In this document: positions 1 through 6,717 of the stretch, piece after piece
How the letters are laid out: every line of letters begins with the position of its first letter
How positions within the stretch are numbered: position 1 is the first letter of the stretch
DNA from: Actinomycetota bacterium
GTDB lineage: Bacteria > Actinomycetota > Acidimicrobiia > Acidimicrobiales > SZUA-35
Direction of reading: 5' to 3'
Assembly (NCBI GenBank): GCA_027730885.1
Contig: JAQCHM010000001.1
Span: 1-31,321, forward strand
Length of the DNA stretch: 31,321 bases
Translations under genes and position numbers: made by a program
Notes under the pieces: model-generated
Seen by the model: only the letters and a program-made list of their open reading frames with translations
Database searches by the model: none
What the model was told of the DNA's origin: nothing

Positions 1-62
1 GGGGCTTGCAGAATCTCGCAGAATGCCTTAGCGCTAGGAAAAACGTGTGGCGACGCGGAGGG

Positions 63-809
63 CTACGGGCGCTCTCTGGGCGGGCCGGCTTGGGTGAATC
101 GGGTGCCCTCGGGGTCGTTGGCCCACGCGGCAGGTTGCTCCCAGGCATCGTCGTAGACGAGTTCTTGGAGGGGGCGACGGCGTACGGGGCCGTGGTTGCC
201 TTGGGGTTTGCCGAGGGGGATCGTGGCCGCGATGGTGACCTCTTCGGGTATGCCGATGAGTTGGCGGAGTTCGTTCTCCACCATGCGATGCCAGCCGGTC
301 ATCACCCCCCCGTAGCCCAAGGCCCGCGCCGCGAGCAGCAGGTTCTGACACGCGGGGAAGATCGAGGCGCCGTCCTGGAAGGCGCGGTGACGTCCGCGGA
401 TGCAGCCGAGGACCACGACGGGGGTCTGCTCGAAATGGTCGACGAAGTGTTGCATCGCCCGGGCCGTACGCGCCTTGGGGCTGTTCTCGGCGGCTCCGCT
501 CCCCTGGTCGTAACCGTCGTCGCTCCGCTTCTCCGACCAGCCTTTGCGGAAGGCTTCGCCCAGCAACGCCTTGGCCTGCAGCGCGATGGGTCCGTCACGC
601 AGCACCACAAAGCGGAAGTTCTGCCGGTTCGAGCCGGTGGGGGCGCGGGTCGCCGAGAAGAGCATCGTCGCCAGGTCCTCGTCGAGAATCGGGTCGGACG
701 TGTAGCGGCGGATGGAACGGGTGGTGGCCAAGCCCTCGAGCAGGGGAAGCGGAGGAGGCGGAGCGAACTCGGTCGGCTCCTCCTTGGGCGACGCGGTGTC
801 GTGAATCAC
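63..809 (-). CDS. Nitroreductase-family (FMN-dependent) oxidoreductase
   Basis: Motifs RSIRRYTSDPI, RAPTGSNRQNFRFVV, NLLLAARALGYGG and IPLGKP. The GTG at 809 is the preferred start and overlaps the TGA of the upstream ORF (GTGA); the ORF track extends to TTG at 833. Confidence 0.9.
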   Translation of the reverse strand: MIHDTASPKEEPTEFAPPPPLPLLEGLATTRSIRRYTSDPILDEDLATMLFSATRAPTGSNRQNFRFVVLRDGPIALQAKALLGEAFRKGWSEKRSDDGYDQGSGAAENSPKARTARAMQHFVDHFEQTPVVVLGCIRGRHRAFQDGASIFPACQNLLLAARALGYGGVMTGWHRMVENELRQLIGIPEEVTIAATIPLGKPQGNHGPVRRRPLQELVYDDAWEQPAAWANDPEGTRFTQAGPPRERP

Positions 810-1108
810 CGGGACACGATCGCACGGATGCAAGGAAGGGACCAGCCAGCATTCCAGGCAACCAGTAGCGTCAGCCGATGCTCGCTCGCCGGGACCGACG
901 GGGTCACCTCGCCGCCGTCCCCGGGGCTCAACCAGGCCAAGGGTCGGAATTCGGCCATTGCCACCAGGACGGCGAAACAGACGAAGACGAACGGGTGATC
1001 GCCCAAGTAGGCGTCTGCGGGTGTGTGAAGCGCCATCGAGACCAAGAGCGCGAGAGCAGACCCGATTACAGCTATGAGGTAAAGGGGAAAGCTGAGACGC
1101 TTGGTCAT
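806..1108 (-). CDS. 100-aa membrane protein resembling the N-terminal transmembrane sensor region of actinobacterial c-di-GMP enzymes; probably truncated
   Basis: ATG at 1108; two clear hydrophobic helices (LYLIAVIGSALALLVSMAL, FVFVCFAVLVAMAEF), then the loop AEFRPLAWLSPGDGGEVTPS. The sequence after about 890 loses the pattern. Confidence 0.55.
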   Translation of the reverse strand: MTKRLSFPLYLIAVIGSALALLVSMALHTPADAYLGDHPFVFVCFAVLVAMAEFRPLAWLSPGDGGEVTPSVPASEHRLTLLVAWNAGWSLPCIRAIVSR

Positions 1109-1202
1109 TCTTTGGTCTGGTAATTGTTCGTGGCGGCGCGGCCGCCCGACGATGGTCAGCGAGATGGCCGTGTAGTTACTGTCGGCACTTCTCGCTGGTT
1201 CC

Positions 1203-1239
1203 TAACGAAATCGACACCCGATGTTTCCATCGGGTGTCG
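1203..1239 (-). terminator. 12-bp perfect stem with GAAA tetraloop; putative terminator or attenuator
   Basis: CGACACCCGATG (1212-1223) / CATCGGGTGTCG (1228-1239); the loop reads GAAA on the minus strand and is followed by ATTTCGTT. Confidence 0.7.
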
Positions 1240-1286
1240 CGTCTGCCGATCGAGTCGGCGAGGGGGAGTTCCCTAGAAGGGAGGGT

Positions 1287-1382
1287 TCACCACTTCAGGG
1301 GCGCACCGAGGGAAGCGACGAGGCCGGCGAGGGTGACGACTGCGGTGGTGGCGTTGACGGTGAACTTGGTCTTGAAGGTCAT
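1287..1382 (-). CDS. 31-aa peptide MTFKTKFTVNATTAVVTLAGLVASLGAPLKW (absent from the ORF track)
   Basis: Read by hand: AAAGGAACCCATC-ATG...AAG TGG TGA. Paralogous to 1464-1562. Confidence 0.85.
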   Translation of the reverse strand: MTFKTKFTVNATTAVVTLAGLVASLGAPLKW

Positions 1383-1463
1383 GATGGGTTCCTTTGTTGT
1401 TTCGATTGTTTGGGCTGCGTTAGACGAACTGAAGGGGGCTGGGCAGGCTGTGCGTGTGGTCAA

Positions 1464-1562
1464 TTACCACTTGCGGGGGGCGCCGAGTGACGCCACCGCG
1501 AGCATCAAACTGGCGACTGCCGTGGCGGTCCTGCCGTAGCTGAGGTTCCGAACTCGATTCAT
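1464..1562 (-). CDS. 32-aa peptide MNRVRNLSYGRTATAVASLMLAVASLGAPRKW
   Basis: RBS AAGGAG-TCCAC-ATG; ends AAG TGG TAA; C-terminal 10 residues are 9/10 identical to 1287-1382. Confidence 0.85.
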   Translation of the reverse strand: MNRVRNLSYGRTATAVASLMLAVASLGAPRKW

Positions 1563-1682
1563 GTGGACTCCTTGTCGTGATGGTTGCTTTGCCGCTGGCC
1601 AATGCATCGACGACAACCCTCTCGAGCTAAATAGGTTCATCGACTCTCCACGGCTGAGCACGCTCACCCAACGCGGCCGCGC

Positions 1683-1718
1683 CGGCACTCGCCCGATCGT
1701 CGGAGCCACCGAGTGCCG
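1683..1718. terminator. GC-rich stem-loop downstream of the 2OG oxygenase
   Basis: CGGCACTCG (1683-1691) / CGAGTGCCG (1710-1718) with an inner CCGA/TCGG stem; no U tract. Confidence 0.4.
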
Positions 1719-1736
1719 CCCAACGATCTTCGATGG

Positions 1737-2366
1737 TCAGGCCGACCGGAACCATCCGGCGATGCTGTACCGAGAGCGCTGCGCGGGGAGCACCTCGTGG
1801 GGTACCTCCTCGCTCAGGAAGACGACCAGGCGACCGTAGATCGGGGCAACCGTTCTGCTACCTTGCGCGTCGGGCTCTGACGCCGACGGTGCGTAGAGAA
1901 CCAGCGCGCCGCCGTCGTCGCTCGCCCACGCCCGGTTGAGGTAGAGCACGGTCGAGACTCGCCGGCTCGCCCCGCCGCGGAAGGCATCGCGGTGTCGCTG
2001 GTAAAAACTGCCGGCTGGGTACCAGGCGAGATGGCACTCGTACTCGAACAGCCCGAGGAACAGCGTCCGGTTGAGCTCGTTGCGCAGCGACTCGATCCAG
2101 TCGAAGTACGAGCGGGTGATCGCATCGTCGGGATCGAGCCAGAGAATGCGGTCGTTTCGCAACGATTCGTGGAGGCGGTCGTTTCCCCGGCCAACGCCGC
2201 CGAAGGCGAAGTCATCGATGGGCTGTCGCCGAGCTCGAGACCAGAGAGCATCGACGAGCTCGGGTGGCAGGGCCTCGTCGACCACCGCCACACCGTGGTC
2301 CGCGAGGCTATCGATGACCTGCGCCGCCACCTCGGCCGAGATCCGGGCCACCCCCCCTGTCGTCAC
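1737..2366 (-). CDS. 2OG-Fe(II) oxygenase, SM-20/EGLN prolyl-hydroxylase-like
   Basis: FYQRHRDAF (HxD), VLYLN, GGAL, VPHEV (distal His), RYSIAGWF (2OG-binding Arg). Start uncertain (GTG 2366 or 2351). Confidence 0.88.
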   Translation of the reverse strand: MTTGGVARISAEVAAQVIDSLADHGVAVVDEALPPELVDALWSRARRQPIDDFAFGGVGRGNDRLHESLRNDRILWLDPDDAITRSYFDWIESLRNELNRTLFLGLFEYECHLAWYPAGSFYQRHRDAFRGGASRRVSTVLYLNRAWASDDGGALVLYAPSASEPDAQGSRTVAPIYGRLVVFLSEEVPHEVLPAQRSRYSIAGWFRSA

Positions 2367-2535
2367 GTCGGGAGCGTACCCAGCGCCTCGGTCAGCTCGA
2401 CCGGTCACGAGTGGCCGAGTCACCGACCACCAGCTCGCCGAGCAGCGGTCGATCCGTTCGACGGACAGGGCGGCCGTCTGATAGCACGGGCAGGCACACA
2501 TTCCGTCACCCGGTGACACGTCGAGGAGGACCGCC

Positions 2536-2856
2536 ATGCTGTTCGAGCTACGCCAGTACCGCTGCCACGAGGGCCAGCGCGACAATTGGGTTCGCTACAT
2601 GGAGGAGGTCATCATCCCGTTCCAGGTGAGCAAGGGAATGGTGATTGCCGGCAGCTTCACCGGCGAGGACGAGGACAACCTGTACATCTGGATCCGCCGG
2701 TTTGCCTCCGAGGAGGAGCGGGCGGCCCTGTACAAGGCCGTCTACAAGAGCGACACCTGGGTCAACGACATCTCCCCCAAGATCCCCGAGATGCTGGACC
2801 GGGAACAGATCAAGGTCACCCGGCTCATCCCCACTGCCAAGTCGATCATCAGCTGA
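2536..2856 (+). CDS. NIPSNAP family protein
   Basis: N-terminal LFELRQY, YIWIRRF; 106 aa; RBS GAGGAGGA. Confidence 0.85.
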   Translation: MLFELRQYRCHEGQRDNWVRYMEEVIIPFQVSKGMVIAGSFTGEDEDNLYIWIRRFASEEERAALYKAVYKSDTWVNDISPKIPEMLDREQIKVTRLIPTAKSIIS

Positions 2857-2929
2857 CCCAACGTTCCGGGCGGCGGGACGCGCTCCGATGGCGTCGACTC
2901 CCCCGGCGACCTATCGTCCGGCGATGACC

Positions 2930-3630
2930 TTTGGCACCCGATTCCAATCGCCAAGACCACCGTGTAGCAGATCCTCACCGACAACGGCATCGAACCATCC
3001 CCGAACCGATCCGAGGTGACCTGGACCGAGTTCCTGCACTCCCAAGCAGCGGTCGCGTGCGACTTCTTCACCGTCGACACCGCGTTCCTACGCCGCTACT
3101 ACGTCCTGTTCTTCATCAACGTCAACACCCGCGAAGTGTTCTACGCCGGCCTCACCGCCAACCCCACCGGCGCCTGGACCACCCAAGCAGCCCACAACCT
3201 CTTCCTGCGCCACGGCGAACAACTCGACACTGCTCGGGCACTGGTCCGCGACCGCGGAAGCCAATTCGTTGACTCGTTCGACGAGATCTTCCGGACCGAA
3301 GGCTTCAAGATCCTCCAAACGCCCGTCCGGACCGCGGTCGCCAACACCTTCGCAGAGCGCTGGATCGGATCGATCCGCCGAGAACTCCTCGACCGCACCA
3401 TCATCTGGAACCGCCGCCAGCTCGAACGACTCGTCGGCGACTACATCGAACACTACAACCAGCATCGGCCACACCAATCCCTCGGCCAGCGCCCGCCAAC
3501 ACCGGACCACGGTCCACCCGAGGCTCCGCCAGCGACCGTCACCGTGCTGCGCACCAGCCGATGCGACGGCCTCATCCACGAATACCGAAACGCCGCCTAA
3601 CCAGCCACGACCGACTTTCCGGGCGGCACA
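2930..3630 (+). mobile_element. 5'-truncated DDE (rve) integrase/transposase remnant, pseudogene
   Basis: ACDFFTVDT, LVRDRG, AERWIGSIRRELLD and HYNQHRPHQSL; in-frame TAG at 2965-2967 in IAKTTV*QIL; no N-terminal HTH; stop at 3600; possible terminal ACA at 3628-3630. Confidence 0.85.
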
Positions 3631-3967
3631 GGCCATGGCGGAATGAGGCCTGGGCCAGTTCGCCTGCATCGTCTGTGAGGTTGCCGCCCATGATGCCGGC
3701 GGCGAGTCCCCCGAACATCTTGAGGCACTCGCCGATGGTGTCGAGCTGTTCCTGCACTCGGAGGAACTCGGCAGCCATACTCCGCAACAGCATCGTCCGG
3801 ATCTCTTCGGGGGTGCCGAACTCGGCGAAGGCGTCGGTCTCGTTGTAGCCGAACGCCTGGGCGAGGATGAGTGCCCGCTGGTCCTCAAGGTCGGGAAGCT
3901 CGTTCGAGAGGGTGTCGGTATCGTCGACGCCCTTGGCCTGGTCGTCGTCGTGCATCGCGGCGGTCAT
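3572..3967 (-). CDS. Hypothetical acidic helical protein; C-terminus runs into the integrase remnant and may be truncated
   Basis: ATG at 3967 overlaps the upstream TGA (ATGA), preceded by GAGGTGG; no recognised motif. Confidence 0.6.
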   Translation of the reverse strand: MTAAMHDDDQAKGVDDTDTLSNELPDLEDQRALILAQAFGYNETDAFAEFGTPEEIRTMLLRSMAAEFLRVQEQLDTIGECLKMFGGLAAGIMGGNLTDDAGELAQASFRHGLCRPESRSWLVRRRFGIRG

Positions 3968-4389
3968 GCCGCCACCTCGGCCCGTGCTGGTTCCACGACA
4001 TCGCCGAAGAAAGGGTCGGGCATGGCCTGGAAGAACAGCTCGGCGACGATTCCGGTCAAGCAGTTGAAGAGTTCCCCGAGACTCTCCTCGCTGCCCCACT
4101 CGAGCTGGCAGTTCCGACGCAGATGCACCCACAAGGAGAGAATGGCGTTTGACACCTGGTCTCGGATAACGGTGCTCGCCTGGTACTCGAGACGCTGGCC
4201 GACGTACGTGTGAATGTCTTCAGGGCCACCGCCGTGGCGGCTCTGGAAATGCCACCCATCCTCGGCGACCCTGCGGAAGACCTCGTCTATCGCAGCGCCG
4301 GCCCGTAGGCCCACTTCGTTGACTTGCTGCTCAATCTCCAAACCGAGGGTGACGGATCGGGGATGGTCGGTGGTCTGATCAATGGTCAT
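3964..4389 (-). CDS. Hypothetical protein (141 aa)
   Basis: RBS GGAGAAGTCC-ATG at 4389; coupled to the next ORF by ATGA. Confidence 0.65.
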   Translation of the reverse strand: MTIDQTTDHPRSVTLGLEIEQQVNEVGLRAGAAIDEVFRRVAEDGWHFQSRHGGGPEDIHTYVGQRLEYQASTVIRDQVSNAILSLWVHLRRNCQLEWGSEESLGELFNCLTGIVAELFFQAMPDPFFGDVVEPARAEVAA

Positions 4390-4457
4390 GGACTTCTCCG
4401 GTGCTGTTGGCGTCCGGATTGGCGTCTCAGACTCATCGACCACCTGGCCCCAGGGCC

Positions 4458-4480
4458 TCCGCAGGTCGTTTACCTGCGGA
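4458..4480. repeat. Inverted repeat immediately 3' of tRNA-Pro
   Basis: TCCGCAGGT (4458-4466) / ACCTGCGGA (4472-4480), 5-nt loop. Confidence 0.7.
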
Positions 4481-4485
4481 AACTC

Positions 4486-4563
4486 TGGTCGGGCTGGGGA
4501 GATTCGAACTCCCGACCTCTTGACCCCCAGTCAAGCGCGCTAACCAAACTGCGCCACAGCCCG
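4486..4563 (-). tRNA. tRNA-Pro (anticodon GGG), CCA encoded
   Basis: Acceptor CGGGCTG/CAGCCCG, anticodon arm CTTGA-CTGGGGG-TCAAG, T arm GGGAG-TTCGAAT-CTCCC. Confidence 0.97.
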
Positions 4564-4621
4564 TGGCGGCACGAGCGTACCTGCATGGGCGGCCGTTCCC
4601 TGTCCCCCGTTAGCGGGATAA

Positions 4622-4840
4622 TCAGAACTTCTGAACGAGCCAGATGATGCCCTCGATCAAGCGCCATCCGAGGTACAGAACGAGCGCTGCGACCATCACC
4701 CAGAAGTGCCAAGGGGCCTTGGCCGTCGGCGGATTCTTGAGATCCGCCACGTCGACCTTGGCGTCGCACGCAGCGCAGGTGCCGCTGGTGGTCAACGCCG
4801 TCGGCGCTCGGTACTCGTCGCAGGTGTCGCACCAAGGCAT
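4622..4840 (-). CDS. 72-aa protein with CxxC...CxxC zinc-ribbon-like N-terminus and a C-terminal TM helix
   Basis: WCDTC...CAAC, then PWHFWVMVAALVLYLGWRLIEG; TAGGCT -10 box 7 nt upstream of the ATG. Confidence 0.75.
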   Translation of the reverse strand: MPWCDTCDEYRAPTALTTSGTCAACDAKVDVADLKNPPTAKAPWHFWVMVAALVLYLGWRLIEGIIWLVQKF

Positions 4841-4864
4841 CGTTCGAAGCCTATGCGGGCGGTT

Positions 4865-5403
4865 TCAGCTCCAAACGCCGAAGCCCAGTCCGGCGCCGGT
4901 TCCCGCCGGCGTCCTGTATCCCGGGACGTAGTCGATTAGTTCGAAGCGTCGATCGGAAAGCATGGCCGCGGTGACCAACCAGTTCTTCACCTCGGAGGTG
5001 CCCGCGACGAAGGTCGACTCGGGAATGGCAACGACGGCATCGAGGTCGCCGGCCTCCAGTGCTGCGAGCACCCGCCGATCGAACTCCTCGAGCACGATGA
5101 AGTGGCTCAGGCCTCCAGAAGCGACGACCCCGATTCGAGTGTCGGCATCGAAACTGTCGACGGCGGATCGAAGCATCCGCCCGAAGTCACGACAACGAGC
5201 GGCGCGGGGCTGCGTCGGCGGGTTGTACGTGTTGACCATGATGGGCACGATCGGGACATCACCCAGAAGCCGCCGAAGCGGGAACCCGAAGGCATGACCC
5301 ATGCCCAACTCGGGCCGCGGCAACGATTCGCTTGCCGCAACGTCGAAGCCGACCGACATCGCGGTGTCGATCAGGTGCTTCGCAAGGTCGACCGCCACCA
5401 GCG
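4865..5403 (-). pseudogene. C-terminal half of a LigB-family (class III) extradiol dioxygenase, fused in frame to the hemolysin III fragment
   Basis: GHAFGF, IVPIMVNTY, ASGGLSH, GTSEVKNW and YVPGYRTPAGTG; the N-terminal SH and D/N-H iron ligands are missing. Confidence 0.8.
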
Positions 5404-5728
5404 TGGTGGCCCCGGCAAGGTGCACGAAGATCATCGAATGGTCGAGACGACGCATCCAGAAGCGTGCGGTCGGGCTCTGCGCCAGGCGGTGGTAACAGGC
5501 GCTCGTCGTGAACATGAGGGTCCACGTGATGGCGTAGACCAGGGCGACGCCCGGTGAGCCGGCGGCGGTGGCCTTCGTCACCAGGTGGACACCGGCCGGC
5601 ACCGAGGCAATCGCAGCTACGTGGTGGAGGCGCCCTCGCAAGCGAGGCCGAGGGCCGTACACCGGATGAGTGAGAACATCGTGCAAACCGCCGAATTCGA
5701 ATCTTGAGTGGAGGATTAAGGCGGTCAT
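5404..5728 (-). pseudogene. N-terminal half of a hemolysin III (HlyIII/PAQR) membrane protein
   Basis: RPRLRGRLH, SACYHR and RRLDHSMIF; breaks off after AGATT, where TP and further TM helices are expected. Confidence 0.82.
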
Positions 5729-5809
5729 GAGGGTTACTCAACACCTGACCTCGGTCCCGGTGATCGGGGCGATCCCTACTCCTCTGGGGCCCGGTGGGGG
5801 ACGTGGGAC

Positions 5810-5815
5810 TAGGGT
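5810..5815 (+). promoter_or_regulatory. -10 box (TAGGGT) 6 nt before ATG 5822; putative leaderless mRNA
   Basis: TANNNT hexamer at leaderless spacing; no Shine-Dalgarno between box and start. Confidence 0.55.
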
Positions 5816-5821
5816 TCGGCC

Positions 5822-6709
5822 ATGGACTTCGCCGTCGGAAAGCTGTTCCACTTGGGCCATCTCGTCGAGGACCTGGAGGCCGTGGACCGTTGGTACGACG
5901 ACATCTTCGGGTGCGTTCGCTTCTACCACGGCTACGAGAAGGCGGCGCGCCGCACCGCGTCACTCCTGGTCATCAGCGACATGGTGATGGAACCGATCAT
6001 GCCCTCAGCTGCGCCCGAGGATGCCCAGTCACCGCTGGGCAAGTTCAAGACGCGATTCGGCAACCGGCTGCATTCCATCGCCTGGTACGTCGACGACATC
6101 GGCGCCTGCTCGGCCCACCTGGCCGACAATGGCATTCGACAGGTCGGGCTCACCGGCAAACCGGTCACCGACCCCCGTATCCAGGTGGCGGTGTGGACGC
6201 ACCCGAAGGACACCCGTGCACTGTGGGAGTTCTGCGAGCCGGGATTCGCGCGGGACCCGCGGCTCGACGCCGCATGGTCCGATGGGTTCTGGCGCAACGA
6301 GCATCCACTGCGGATCCAGCGGACGGCGTACATCAGCGTGGTGTTGAATGATCTTGCCGAGGCCCCGTCGCTCTACGGCCAAGCGCTCGGCGGCACGCTC
6401 CTTCATGAGGAGGAATCTGGCGGAGCTCGACGAGCCTTCTACGCGGTGGGCGAGGAGACCGTGATCCAGGCGATCCAACCAGTCCAACCCGGTACGGTCG
6501 AGGCCGATGATCTCAAGCGAAACGGCGAAGGGGTGCACGAGATCGTCTTCGCCACATCAGACCTCGGTGCTGCCGCCGCGTTCCTCGAGGCGAAGGGCCA
6601 GCGTCTCGAACGTCGGTCGGGCGACGCGTTCTGGATCAACATCGACGACTCGTTCGGCTTGAACGTCGGTTTCACCGACCGCAACATCCCGAACGACAAG
6701 CGAGGCTGA
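5822..6709 (+). CDS. Two-domain VOC/glyoxalase-family protein
   Basis: LFHLGHLVEDLE, LHSIAWYVDDI, GVHEIVFAT; repeated beta-alpha-beta-beta-beta pattern. Confidence 0.8.
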   Translation: MDFAVGKLFHLGHLVEDLEAVDRWYDDIFGCVRFYHGYEKAARRTASLLVISDMVMEPIMPSAAPEDAQSPLGKFKTRFGNRLHSIAWYVDDIGACSAHLADNGIRQVGLTGKPVTDPRIQVAVWTHPKDTRALWEFCEPGFARDPRLDAAWSDGFWRNEHPLRIQRTAYISVVLNDLAEAPSLYGQALGGTLLHEEESGGARRAFYAVGEETVIQAIQPVQPGTVEADDLKRNGEGVHEIVFATSDLGAAAAFLEAKGQRLERRSGDAFWINIDDSFGLNVGFTDRNIPNDKRG

Positions 6710-6717
6710 GACCCTGC

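Noticed and set aside
8-24. GCAGAAT direct repeat at the window edge
   Set aside because: Only 7 bp in two copies, with the context cut off by the window boundary.
6-998. 330-aa plus-strand ORF, and similar long ORFs at 7055-8095, 11324-12577, 15063-16205, 19449-21152, 23935-25068 and 29315-31192
   Set aside because: Antisense shadows of motif-supported genes; long stop-free reverse frames are expected at this GC content, and they carry no recognisable motifs of their own (19449-21152 is real only from 20691, as tadA).
1234-1539. 101-aa plus-strand ORF with a hydrophobic stretch, superficially pilin-like
   Set aside because: It is antisense to the two peptide genes, which have RBSs and synonymous-site conservation; no prepilin cleavage motif.
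1563-1700. Possible c-di-GMP riboswitch upstream of the peptides (GGCAAAGC)
   Set aside because: Only a short word matches; I could not build the P1/P2 GNRA-receptor architecture. An Infernal/Rfam scan would settle it.
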